This document shows positions 8,285 through 17,807 of a stretch of DNA of 64,000 nucleotides, in pieces. Source of the DNA: Eubacteriales bacterium (GTDB taxonomy: Bacteria; Bacillota; Clostridia; Oscillospirales; CAG-382); NCBI GenBank assembly GCA_045536935.1, contig JAZSOO010000023.1, positions 3,651 to 67,650 on the forward strand. The letters run 5' to 3'. How positions within the stretch are numbered: position 1 is the stretch's first letter; every line of letters begins with the position of its first letter. The position numbers and the translations under genes were made by a program. Under the pieces are notes generated by a model. It was not told where the DNA came from and ran no database searches. It was given only the letters and a program-made list of their open reading frames with translations.

Positions 8285-10486
8285 ATGAGTAACAAAGTTG
8301 TTGCCAAGCAAAAGAGAACAATAATCGTGTCCGTTGTGCTCGCAGTTCTTCTTTTTGCAGGCTCCCTTTTCGTTCTTGTGGACGGCTTGGTTCATATGGA
8401 CGACCCTTATAAACAGTTTGAAGACGTTAATTTCGCAAAAGGATTCGCAACTGCGCTTAAAAAAGCAAGCGTGCGTGATCTCACCCAAGAAGATCTCGAT
8501 AAAGTAGAATCTCTCGTCTACTACGTATCGGTCACCAACGATGCTAACAGCCAATATGCGACCGTAGTTCGTCCCGTTGTTATGCTCGGCTTTAAGGAAT
8601 TTACCGATAAGATCATCGAAAACGAGAATAATAACACGACCTTGTCGGACAACGTTCCCGAAAATTCCTACGTTATTCTCGAACACATTATCACCGAAGC
8701 GGACGACCTTGCAATATTCAAGAATCTCCGTGTGCTCCGTTCCTTCGACCTTTCTGAAGTTTCGGAAATGCAACAGGGTTGCTACTATAACGAGCTTTAT
8801 GCACAGATATACGGTAGCCAAAGCTCCAATATCGTTTCCGTTCCTTTCTCGGATATCGTCAGCGGTTCGGCTCTCAAAGGCCTTAAAAAGCTCGACCAGA
8901 TCTCTTCCTTGACAAAGCTTGAATACCTCTCCCTTCAGTATTCGGGAATAACCTCCCTTGAAGGTATCGAAAAATTCACAAACCTCAAGAAGCTCGACAT
9001 CGGTAACACCGAAATCACCGATTTCACAAAGCTTTCCGAGCTTAAAGAGCTTTCCAACCTTACCATCGTTGCTATGGGCGGCGAAGAAGCTGAAGAAACC
9101 GAAGAAACCTCCGACGTTTCCGATACTTCCGATACTTCCGATACTTCTTCCGAAGAAAAAGAAGAAAAACATACCCATGCAGGTATGACCGATATAAGCA
9201 CTCTTGCAAACCTTACAAACCTCAAGAAGCTCAACTTCTCTCAGAACGCAGTTGTTGATATCAGCGCAATTGCCGGTATGAAGAACCTCGAAGACTTCAC
9301 CGCTATCGGTAACTGCATCGAAAACCTCGATGCTCTTTCGGGTATCACCACTCTCAAGAACGTCGCTGTTTCCGATAACCACATCACCGACATCAAGGGT
9401 CTTGCTTCTGCAGCCAACCTTGAACTTCTCGAAGCATATCAGAACAAGATAACCGATATCAGTGTTCTTGAAAACTGCACAAAGCTTACTTCGGTTAACG
9501 TTAATACCAACGAGATCAAATCTCTCGGCGATTTCTCAAAGCTTCAGGAACTTGCAGTTCTCAATATTTACGGAAACAAGATAACCAGCCTTAAGGGTCT
9601 TGAAAAGTGCAAGAAGCTTACTAATATCGATGCTTACAATAACGAAATTACCGAGATCGGCAACCTCTCCGAACTCGACGAGCTCACCTATATCACTCTC
9701 TACAACAACAAGATAAAAGATATCAACGGTCTTAACGGCTGTGCAAAGCTTGCTACTATCGAAGCTTACAACAACGAATTTGAAGGTGTTCTCACCCTCG
9801 ATAAATGTCCCGAACTCGCAACCCTCAACGTTTACTATGACGAACCCGAAAAGGAAGACGATAAGAAGGACACCGCTACTAAAGACGATGATAAGAAGGA
9901 AGACGACAAGAAGGACGATGCATCGACCGATGCTTCCGAAGACACTTCCGCAGATGCTTCCGAAGAACCCGTTGAAGAACCCGAAACCAAGAAGGGTCTT
10001 ACCGGTCTTGTTATCAAGGGACTTAAGAAGCTCACCACAGTTGATGCACACGGCAACGCGATCACCGCTGTTCCCGACCTTACCGATTGTGAAAAGCTTA
10101 CGACCCTCAACCTCAGCAAGAACCTTGTAACCGACGTTAAGGGCGCTGAAAAGGGCAAGCTTACAAACCTCAACCTTGCTTCTAACAAGCTCACCGATAT
10201 CTCTGCTCTCGAAAAGGTTACAACTCTTACAACTCTTGATCTTTCCGAAAACAATATAACCAATATCGATGCGGTCGGCAAGCTCACAAAGCTCACCAAC
10301 CTCAACCTCAAGAACAACAAGGAACTTGTTTCTCTTAAAGCACTCGACAGCTTCCCGACAACCACTTCGCTCACCCTCAATATCGTTGGTACGAAGATCG
10401 CAGAAAACACCGAAGCTATCAAGGAGATCCAGTCCAAGTACACCACAATGAAGATTACCTACACCGAAACGACCGATAAAAAGTAA
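8285..10486 (+). CDS. Membrane-anchored internalin-like leucine-rich repeat protein
   Basis: N-terminal TM helix; many 22-aa LxxLxxLxLxxNxIxDI repeats; ATG at 8285 after GGAGG. Confidence 0.9.
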   Translation: MSNKVVAKQKRTIIVSVVLAVLLFAGSLFVLVDGLVHMDDPYKQFEDVNFAKGFATALKKASVRDLTQEDLDKVESLVYYVSVTNDANSQYATVVRPVVMLGFKEFTDKIIENENNNTTLSDNVPENSYVILEHIITEADDLAIFKNLRVLRSFDLSEVSEMQQGCYYNELYAQIYGSQSSNIVSVPFSDIVSGSALKGLKKLDQISSLTKLEYLSLQYSGITSLEGIEKFTNLKKLDIGNTEITDFTKLSELKELSNLTIVAMGGEEAEETEETSDVSDTSDTSDTSSEEKEEKHTHAGMTDISTLANLTNLKKLNFSQNAVVDISAIAGMKNLEDFTAIGNCIENLDALSGITTLKNVAVSDNHITDIKGLASAANLELLEAYQNKITDISVLENCTKLTSVNVNTNEIKSLGDFSKLQELAVLNIYGNKITSLKGLEKCKKLTNIDAYNNEITEIGNLSELDELTYITLYNNKIKDINGLNGCAKLATIEAYNNEFEGVLTLDKCPELATLNVYYDEPEKEDDKKDTATKDDDKKEDDKKDDASTDASEDTSADASEEPVEEPETKKGLTGLVIKGLKKLTTVDAHGNAITAVPDLTDCEKLTTLNLSKNLVTDVKGAEKGKLTNLNLASNKLTDISALEKVTTLTTLDLSENNITNIDAVGKLTKLTNLNLKNNKELVSLKALDSFPTTTSLTLNIVGTKIAENTEAIKEIQSKYTTMKITYTETTDKK

Positions 10487-10562
10487 TTTTCAAATAACCT
10501 TCGGGGCTGTTTAATACAGCCCTCGAATTTTGATTAGATATGTATTTTCGGAGGAAATGATT

Positions 10563-11036
10563 ATGCCCGATATGCTTGTCCGTCTTTACGACCTTCCCGA
10601 AACAAGCTCCTTTTATAAAAAACTCGAAGAAAAAGGAATAAAAATACTTCGTCCTATGACACCTAATAAATCCAAAGTTTTAAATTGGATAAGAGAAAAT
10701 TTCGACGGTGATTGGGCAGACGAAGTTTCGACGGCATTTTCTCACGCTCCCGTAAGCTGTTTTATCGCATACGATACTAACGAACGTAAAATTCTCGGTT
10801 TTGCGGCTTATGATTGCACCTACCGTGATTTCTTCGGGCCTACGGGTGTTGCAATCGACCAACGTGGCAACGGAATAGGAAAAGCCTTGTTCCTGCGTTG
10901 CTTAGAGGCTATGCGTGACGAAGGATATGCTTATGCGATCGTCGGAAGTGTAGGACCTGTAAACTTCTATGAAAAAACCGTGTCTGCCGTTATGATAGAC
11001 GGAAGTGACCCGAGCATTTATAAAGACCTTATATAA
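10563..11036 (+). CDS. GNAT family N-acetyltransferase
   Basis: MPDMLVRLYDLP start, FFGPTGV..QRGNGIGKAL acetyl-CoA motif, FYEK. Confidence 0.85.
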   Translation: MPDMLVRLYDLPETSSFYKKLEEKGIKILRPMTPNKSKVLNWIRENFDGDWADEVSTAFSHAPVSCFIAYDTNERKILGFAAYDCTYRDFFGPTGVAIDQRGNGIGKALFLRCLEAMRDEGYAYAIVGSVGPVNFYEKTVSAVMIDGSDPSIYKDLI

Positions 11037-11058
11037 TTAATGAAAGAGGCGAAAACAA

Positions 11059-12135
11059 ATGAGTAAACTCAGAGCCGGTATAGTCGGCGCAACCGGTATG
11101 GTTGGTCAAAGATTTATAACCCTTATTGAAAACCACCCTTATTTTGAAATATCCGCATTGATCGCAAGCCCTTCTTCCGCAGGCAAGACCTACGGCGAAG
11201 CAGTAAACGGCCGTTGGAAGATGAAAACTCCTCTCTCCGACAAAATTGCAAATATGCAGGTATTGAACGCAGAAGATATTGAAAGCGTAAAACCCCACGT
11301 TGATTTTGTGTTCTGCGCAGTAAATATGCCCAAGGCAGAGATCAAAGCCCTTGAAGAAGCTTATGCAAAGGCAGAGATCCCCGTAATTTCCAACAACTCT
11401 GCAAACCGTGGAACCGCAGACGTTCCTATGCTCATTCCCGAGATCAACTATGCGCACAGCGCAATTATCGAATCCCAGAAAAAACGCTTGGGCACCAAGA
11501 AGGGCTTCATCTCCGTAAAGCCCAACTGCTCGATACAGAGCTACGTTCCGGCGCTTGAGCCTCTCCGTAAGTTCGGTATCAAGGCTGTAAACGTAACAAC
11601 CTTCCAGGCGATCTCCGGTGCAGGCAAGACCTTCGATACCTGGCCCGAAATGATCGATAACGTAATTCCCTACATCGGCGGCGAAGAAGAAAAGAGTGAA
11701 AAAGAACCTCTTAAGGTTTGGGGTACGATCGAAGGCGACGCTATCGTTCCTGCAACAAGCCCCGTTATCTCTGCACAGTGCATTCGTGTTCCCGTTGCCG
11801 ACGGCCACCTTGCCGCTGTTTCGGTCAGCTTTGAAAACAAGCCTTCTATCGAAGAGATCAAAAAGGCTTGGGCTGAATATGTCGGAGAAGCACAGAGATT
11901 GGAACTTCCTCTTGCACCTGCACAGTTCCTTACTTACTTTGAAGAAGACAACCGTCCGCAAACCAACCTCGACCGCGACCTTTACGGCGGTATGGGTATT
12001 TCGATCGGCAGACTTCGTGAAGACACTATCTTCGATTACAAGTTCGTTTGCCTCTCCCACAATACCTTAAGAGGTGCGGCAGGCGGCGCAGTTCTCGGCG
12101 CTGAATTGCTCTACCGTCAGGGCTATTTGTATTAA
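11059..12135 (+). CDS. asd: Aspartate-semialdehyde dehydrogenase
   Basis: GIVGATGMVGQRF, KPNCS, QAISGAG, HNTLRGAAGG. Confidence 0.95.
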   Translation: MSKLRAGIVGATGMVGQRFITLIENHPYFEISALIASPSSAGKTYGEAVNGRWKMKTPLSDKIANMQVLNAEDIESVKPHVDFVFCAVNMPKAEIKALEEAYAKAEIPVISNNSANRGTADVPMLIPEINYAHSAIIESQKKRLGTKKGFISVKPNCSIQSYVPALEPLRKFGIKAVNVTTFQAISGAGKTFDTWPEMIDNVIPYIGGEEEKSEKEPLKVWGTIEGDAIVPATSPVISAQCIRVPVADGHLAAVSVSFENKPSIEEIKKAWAEYVGEAQRLELPLAPAQFLTYFEEDNRPQTNLDRDLYGGMGISIGRLREDTIFDYKFVCLSHNTLRGAAGGAVLGAELLYRQGYLY

Positions 12136-12250
12136 TAAACAGCAAGAAAAACCGTAAAAGTTTAGGACTTTTACGGTTTTCTCTTTATTTTCGTTGTTTC
12201 GAACGAAATGAAGAATCTTAATTAAGTACAGCTTTGATTTCGCACACAAC

Positions 12251-12430
12251 TGTCATTCTGAGCGGAAATGGGGTCCCCGCAAAATTTATTTTGCGGGGTA
12301 TAAAGCGAAGAATCTCAAGAAAGTTGTTTCTTATGTCTTCGTTAAAAAACAAAATCCAACGGTGTAGGGGAGGGGCAACGGGGTCCCTGAAAACGCTTGC
12401 GTTTTTGGGGCAATAAACCCTCCCGAACTC
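12251..12430. repeat. Two REP-like hairpins, each carrying a nested GGGGTCCC(C) element
   Basis: tgtcattctgagcg[...ggggtccccgcaaaatttattttgcgggg...]gcgaagaatctc (12251-12316) and tgtaggggagggg[...ggggtccctgaaaacgcttgcgtttttgggg...]ccctcccgaactc (12363-12430). Confidence 0.85.
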
Positions 12431-12514
12431 GTAATTATTCGTTGTTTGTTGTATTTTTGTATTTGCACTTGTCCGTATCAAAAAAAGAGCCTGAATTTAT
12501 CAGGCTCTTTAATA

Positions 12515-13930
12515 TTATTTACAAAGTGCTTCGTCAATAGCTTTCGCAGCGGTTTTACCTGCGCCCATAGCGGAGATAACCGTTGCCGCACCGGTAACAG
12601 CATCACCGCCTGCATAAACGGAATTACGGGAGGTAAGACCGTCTTCGTTAACGATAATACCGCCTCTTGCGTTAACCTCAAGACCTTCGGTGGTGGATTT
12701 GATAAGCGGGTTGGGAGAAGTACCAATGGACATGATAACTGTGTTAACGTCAATTTCAAATTCGCTGCCTTCTATTTCAACAGGACGTCTGCGGCCCTTT
12801 GCATCAGGCTCGCCAAGCTCCATTCTAACGCACTTCATACCCGTAACAAAACCGTTTTTGGGGTCTCTGACGTCGTCGGGATTGTTGTAACCGATGATTT
12901 CGGTGGGGTTGCAAAGAAGACGGAATTCAATACCTTCTTCCTCTGCGTGTTCAACTTCTTCACGTCTTGCAGGGAGCTCTTCCATAGAACGTCTGTAAAC
13001 TATATAAACCTTTTCTGCACCAAGACGGAGAGCAGTACGGGCTGCGTCCATAGCAACGTTACCGCCGCCGACGACAGCAACCTTGCCGCCCTTCATAATG
13101 GGAGTTTCGGGGTTTTCAAGATAAGCCTTCATAAGATTGCTTCTCGTGAGGAATTCGTTTGCAGAATAGACACCCTTCAAGGATTCGCCGGGGATACCCA
13201 TAAAGTTGGGAAGACCTGCGCCCGAGCCGATAAATATTGCTTCATAGCCCATATCGAAAAGCTCGTCAACGGTAAGAGTTTTGCCGATAACGACGTTTGT
13301 TTCGATCTCAACACCAAGCTTTTTGAGTGTTTCAACTTCCTTGGCGACAATAGCCTTGGGAAGACGGAACTCGGGAATACCGTAAACGAGAACACCGCCT
13401 GCCGTATGGAGAGCTTCATATACGGTTACGGCATAACCCTTCTTCGCAAGATCGCCTGCGCAGGTAAGACCGGAAGGACCGGAACCGACGATTGCAACCT
13501 TGTGGCCGTTTGCTTCGGGACGGATAGGTTCTTCGGTGCAGAAGGTGTTGTGCCAGTCCGCAACGAATCTTTCAAGTCTGCCAATGCCGACAGATTCACC
13601 CTTAATACCACGAACACACTTCGATTCACATTGCGATTCCTGCGGACAAACACGGCCGCAAACGGCAGGAAGGGAAGAGGATTTTGTGATTATTTGGTAA
13701 GCACCCTCAAAATCGCCTTCTTTTATCTTGGCGATAAATTCGGGAATATGAATTTTAACGGGACAGCCTTCAACGCAAGGCGTGTTCTTGCAGTTAAGAC
13801 AGCGCATAGCTTCGTCGATTGCGGTTTCTTCGGTGTAGCCGAGAGCAACCTCGTCAAAGTTGCGTGCACGTACCAACGGGTCTTGCGTAGGCATAGGGTT
13901 GCGCATTAAGGACATATTGGGTTTATTCAT
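12515..13930 (-). CDS. NADPH-dependent glutamate synthase beta-like subunit / NfnB (SudA-type) electron-bifurcating subunit
   Basis: EAMRCLNCK..PC..GCPV, CGRVCPQE.QCE..C, GSGPSG, GGGNVAMD, GGDAVTGAATVI; ATG at 13930. Confidence 0.9.
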   Translation of the reverse strand: MNKPNMSLMRNPMPTQDPLVRARNFDEVALGYTEETAIDEAMRCLNCKNTPCVEGCPVKIHIPEFIAKIKEGDFEGAYQIITKSSSLPAVCGRVCPQESQCESKCVRGIKGESVGIGRLERFVADWHNTFCTEEPIRPEANGHKVAIVGSGPSGLTCAGDLAKKGYAVTVYEALHTAGGVLVYGIPEFRLPKAIVAKEVETLKKLGVEIETNVVIGKTLTVDELFDMGYEAIFIGSGAGLPNFMGIPGESLKGVYSANEFLTRSNLMKAYLENPETPIMKGGKVAVVGGGNVAMDAARTALRLGAEKVYIVYRRSMEELPARREEVEHAEEEGIEFRLLCNPTEIIGYNNPDDVRDPKNGFVTGMKCVRMELGEPDAKGRRRPVEIEGSEFEIDVNTVIMSIGTSPNPLIKSTTEGLEVNARGGIIVNEDGLTSRNSVYAGGDAVTGAATVISAMGAGKTAAKAIDEALCK

Positions 13931-13931
13931 C

Positions 13932-14786
13932 TCAATGCACCTCCTTCTTGAAAAGGTTGCAGGTTTCTTCGTGAGCGTGACGTTCAAAGTCGAAATACAT
14001 TCTGCCTCTCGACATAGCCTCGTCAAAATCAACCTCGTAACCGTTAAAGTCGGGACCGTCAACACAGGCAAATTTTGTAACCTTCTTGCCGTCAACGTTA
14101 AGCGTTAGTCTGCAACCGCCGCACATACCCGTACCGTCGATCATGATCGGGTTCATAGATACGGTGATAGGTGTACCGAAGGGCTTTGCCGTTGCAACGA
14201 CAAACTTCATCATAATAAGCGGACCGATAGTGATTATCATATCAAACTTTTCGCCGCCTTCAAGCATTTCCTTAAGGGGAACGGTAACGTTACCGTGTTC
14301 GCCGTAAGAGCCGTCGTCGGTCATAATTCTCAATCTATCCGAGCAAGCACGGAATTCGTCTTCGAGAATCAAGAGGTCTTTGTTTCTAAATCCGATAATG
14401 CTCGTAACTTCCGCACCCATTCTATGTAATTCTTCTGCAATAGGCATTGCGATAGCACAACCGACACCGCCGCCGACAATGCAGACCTTCTTAAGTCCGT
14501 CAAGATGCGTTGCAACTCCCAAAGGGCCGACAAAGTCCTGGATATAATCGCCTTCTTCCTTGTAGGAGAGCTTTGTGGTAGTTCCGCCTACAACCTGGAA
14601 GATGATCTTAACAGCGCCGGTCTCCTTGTTAACGCCTGCAACGGTAAGAGGAATTCTTTCACCGTTTTCGTCAACACGAAGAATGATAAACTGACCGGGC
14701 TTTGCCTTATTCGCAACAAGAGGTGCTTCAATACAAAGCTGAATGACCGTAGGGTTCAAAACCTTTTTTTCGAGAATCTTATACAT
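13932..14786 (-). CDS. NfnA (SudB-type) FAD/[2Fe-2S] subunit
   Basis: PGQFIILR..ERIPLT, GPLG, GGGVG, MIDGTGMCGGCR, FACVDGPDF. Confidence 0.9.
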   Translation of the reverse strand: MYKILEKKVLNPTVIQLCIEAPLVANKAKPGQFIILRVDENGERIPLTVAGVNKETGAVKIIFQVVGGTTTKLSYKEEGDYIQDFVGPLGVATHLDGLKKVCIVGGGVGCAIAMPIAEELHRMGAEVTSIIGFRNKDLLILEDEFRACSDRLRIMTDDGSYGEHGNVTVPLKEMLEGGEKFDMIITIGPLIMMKFVVATAKPFGTPITVSMNPIMIDGTGMCGGCRLTLNVDGKKVTKFACVDGPDFNGYEVDFDEAMSRGRMYFDFERHAHEETCNLFKKEVH

Positions 14787-15007
14787 ATCTATCTCCTAAA
14801 TTAAAGCGTATATCAAACGTGTAAATAAACGCTGAGAGCGTATATCAAACAATAAAGCGATGCTTTAGCCGAAATAACTCTTCTTAGCGATTTTAGTTAA
14901 ACTATTTTTGGCTATTCTACATTATCGCAGAATACCTTCGAAAATGCAACACTTTTTCGCAAAAAAACTTGTCAATATATAGAATAATTTGAAATAAAAT
15001 CAAATAT

Positions 15008-15021
15008 TAAGAAAATCTTAA
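15008..15021. promoter_or_regulatory. Putative response-regulator box TAAGAAAATCTTAA (copy 1)
   Basis: Identical 14-mer at 16818-16831; lies at the -35 position ahead of TG-TATAAT upstream of the response regulator. Confidence 0.65.
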
Positions 15022-15079
15022 TGTTTTTTGGGGCTTTAATATGTTATAATCGTTATATACATTTTGCGAGGTGATAAAA

Positions 15080-15769
15080 ATGACCGTTTTGACAGTAGAC
15101 GACGAAAAAGAAATAGCCGACCTCGTTGAACTTATTTTAAAGAACGAAGGATATAACGTTATAAAATATTACGACTCCGTAAAAGCTTATGACGAGATAT
15201 TAAAAAACAGTAATATCGACCTTGCCGTTATCGACGTTATGATGCCGAATATGGACGGATTTGAACTTTGCGCAAAAATACGCGATAATTATAATTACCC
15301 CATAATAATGCTCACGGCACGTGTTGAGGACGTTGATAAGATAACGGGATTAAGCATCGGTGCCGACGATTACGTAACAAAACCCTTCAACCCGTTGGAG
15401 CTTATTGCACGTGTAAAGGCACAACTGCGCCGATATAAAAAATACGGTGCTTCCGACGAGATGACAAAGTGTTATTACGAAAAAAACGGCTTGGTGATCA
15501 ATAAACAGCAGCATACCGTAACCTTGTTTGATAAACCTGTTTTGCTAACACCAACCGAGTTTGATATTCTCTGGCTTCTTTGCGAAAATGCAGGCAAGGT
15601 CGTTTCTTCGGAGGAAATATTCCAAACCGTCTGGAAGGAAGATTATCTCGACAGCAACAATACCGTTATGGTACATATAAGAAGGATTCGTGAAAAGCTG
15701 AAAGAGCCTTCCAAAAACCCAAGAATAATTAAAACCGTGTGGGGAGTGGGATATAAAGTTGAAAAATAA
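15080..15769 (+). CDS. OmpR/VanR-like response regulator
   Basis: VDDEKEI, DVMMP, GADDYVTKPFNPLEL, NNTVMVHIRRIREKL, KTVWGVGY. Confidence 0.92.
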   Translation: MTVLTVDDEKEIADLVELILKNEGYNVIKYYDSVKAYDEILKNSNIDLAVIDVMMPNMDGFELCAKIRDNYNYPIIMLTARVEDVDKITGLSIGADDYVTKPFNPLELIARVKAQLRRYKKYGASDEMTKCYYEKNGLVINKQQHTVTLFDKPVLLTPTEFDILWLLCENAGKVVSSEEIFQTVWKEDYLDSNNTVMVHIRRIREKLKEPSKNPRIIKTVWGVGYKVEK

Positions 15770-16820
15770 CGCAATAAAACGCTATATAACCTATATATTC
15801 GTCTATACCGTCCTCTATTTTCTTTTCGTGGTTGTTATGGACAATCTTTTCGACGGCGTTCTTTTGGAATTTTTATATAACAATCTCTATTTTCGAATAT
15901 TCACACTGATAAACCATAACCGCAGTGCCATAACCTATATCTTTTATGCAATAGGACTTGTTATTATATCGGGCTTGTATATTTTAAAATGCAATAAGCT
16001 TATCAGAATGGCAAGCGAATCCTTTTTGGAAGAGGAATCAAAGGTTCTGTCCGATAACTGTCCTGCGGAATTGCGTGATTTCGGACAAAAGCTGAAGGAT
16101 TTTAAATACACCTTAAAAGAAAACGAGACTGCAAGAATACTTGCCGAACAGCAAAAAAATGACCTTATCGTTTATCTTGCCCACGATTTAAAGACCCCCT
16201 TGACCTCCGTTATCGGATATCTAAGCCTTTTGGAGGAAACACAGGACCTACCCATAGAACAACGTGCAAAATACGTCGGTATCGCTATCGATAAAGCATA
16301 TAGACTTGAAAACCTCATTAACGAATTTTTCGAAATAACACGTCTTAATCTTCAAACGATAGAAGCCCAGAAATCAAAGGTCAATCTAACTGTTTTGTTA
16401 ATGCAGGTCTTGGTCGAATTCTATCCGATGTTCGAGGAAAAAAGACTTAATATCGTGCATAAGGTGGAACCCGAGCTTACGGTCCATGCCGATGCAGATA
16501 AGCTGGCTCGTGTATTCGATAATCTTTTCAGGAATGCCGTTAATTACAGCTATGAAGAGACTGATATAGTCTGCACCGCCTATAAGACCGAAAAAGAGGT
16601 CGTCATAAAGGTTAAAAATAAAGGCGACGATATACCCAAAGAAAAGCTCGACCGCATTTTTGATAAATTCTACCGTGCGGATAACTCCCGACGTTCGGCA
16701 ACGGGCGGTTCGGGCTTGGGACTTGCTTTCGCAAAACAGATAGTCGAGCTTCATAAAGGAACGATAACCGCCTCCTGCGATGACGGAAATACCGAATTCA
16801 CGGTAATTCTGCCTTTGTAA
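15759..16820 (+). CDS. VanS-like intramembrane-sensing histidine kinase
   Basis: Two N-terminal TMs, KNDLIVYLAHDLKTPLTS H-box, NLFRNAVNYS, FDKFYR, GGSGLGL; overlaps the regulator stop. Confidence 0.92.
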   Translation: MKNNAIKRYITYIFVYTVLYFLFVVVMDNLFDGVLLEFLYNNLYFRIFTLINHNRSAITYIFYAIGLVIISGLYILKCNKLIRMASESFLEEESKVLSDNCPAELRDFGQKLKDFKYTLKENETARILAEQQKNDLIVYLAHDLKTPLTSVIGYLSLLEETQDLPIEQRAKYVGIAIDKAYRLENLINEFFEITRLNLQTIEAQKSKVNLTVLLMQVLVEFYPMFEEKRLNIVHKVEPELTVHADADKLARVFDNLFRNAVNYSYEETDIVCTAYKTEKEVVIKVKNKGDDIPKEKLDRIFDKFYRADNSRRSATGGSGLGLAFAKQIVELHKGTITASCDDGNTEFTVILPL

Positions 16821-16831
16821 GAAAATCTTAA
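16818..16831. promoter_or_regulatory. Putative response-regulator box TAAGAAAATCTTAA (copy 2)
   Basis: Identical to 15008-15021; upstream of the C39-like peptidase. Confidence 0.65.
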
Positions 16832-16876
16832 GAATATCTAAATACAAGATTAAAACAAAAAACGACGTAATAAACT

Positions 16877-16913
16877 AAAATACTCCTATCAATAACTGAT
16901 AGGAGTATTTTTT
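16877..16913 (+). terminator. 15-bp hairpin plus T-tract that also contains the RBS of the peptidase gene
   Basis: aaaatactcctatca-ataac-tgataggagtatttt. Confidence 0.6.
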
Positions 16914-17729
16914 ATGAAAAAAGATATGAAAGTATACGTATTTACGTTTGTCGCATTGTTTGCCATTTCCTTCATTCTGTTGCTGTCACAAGCAATAGAC
17001 TATAATGAGGAAATACCGCAAACGAACGGTTCAAATAAAGAAATATCACAAACCGTATCTACCCAATGGCAGGAAGCCGATACGATAACCGCCTTTGCGG
17101 AACAAAATAATATACCAATGAGCGAATACCCCGAAAAGCTATTGGAGCTTCTCGAAAAGAACCCCGAAACAAAAGAGTTTGTTTTTAACTATCCCTTTTT
17201 AAAAAACAAGACATTTAATATTGACCTGAGCGAATATAAAAACACAAATGAAGTTCCGCTTTTAATGCAATGGGATAAACGCTGGGGCTACAGCGAATAT
17301 TCGGGCGGGATAATGGGATTAACGGGTTGCGGTCCAACCTGCCTTTCAATGGTTTCCATACACCTTTTAAACGACACTTCCTATACCCCCCGCTACGTTG
17401 CGGATTATGCTGTTCAAAACGGATACAGCGTAAACGGAAAGGGAAGTGCTTGGAGCCTTATCAAGGAAGGCGGAGAGGCTTTCGGCTTGACCGTAAAAGA
17501 ACTCCCTCTCGTTGAAAGTATGATAATAAATAACCTTAGTGACGGCAACCCCATAATCTGCGTAATGGGCCCCGGCGATTTTACAACGGAAGGCCATTTT
17601 ATCGTTATGACCGATTATATCGACGGCAAGATTAAAATAAACGACCCCAACAGTATCTCCCGTTCCGAAAAGCTTTGGGATCTGTTCGCTATTAAAGACC
17701 AGATACGTAACCTGTGGGTATGTACGTAG
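16914..17729 (+). CDS. Membrane-anchored C39-like (papain-fold) peptidase
   Basis: N-terminal TM; Q.D.RW...Y, GCGPTCLSMV, GDFT..GHFIV, INDPNS. Confidence 0.85.
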   Translation: MKKDMKVYVFTFVALFAISFILLLSQAIDYNEEIPQTNGSNKEISQTVSTQWQEADTITAFAEQNNIPMSEYPEKLLELLEKNPETKEFVFNYPFLKNKTFNIDLSEYKNTNEVPLLMQWDKRWGYSEYSGGIMGLTGCGPTCLSMVSIHLLNDTSYTPRYVADYAVQNGYSVNGKGSAWSLIKEGGEAFGLTVKELPLVESMIINNLSDGNPIICVMGPGDFTTEGHFIVMTDYIDGKIKINDPNSISRSEKLWDLFAIKDQIRNLWVCT

Positions 17730-17807
17730 TAAGAATTTTATCGGTGTTGATTTTTCATATTGTGTTTGTTATAATTGATTATAACCATAAAGAAAGGTTG
17801 TAATGTT

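Noticed and set aside
15080-16820. Vancomycin-resistance cluster
   Set aside because: Only the regulator/sensor pair is VanRS-like; no ligase, dehydrogenase, dipeptidase or racemase genes
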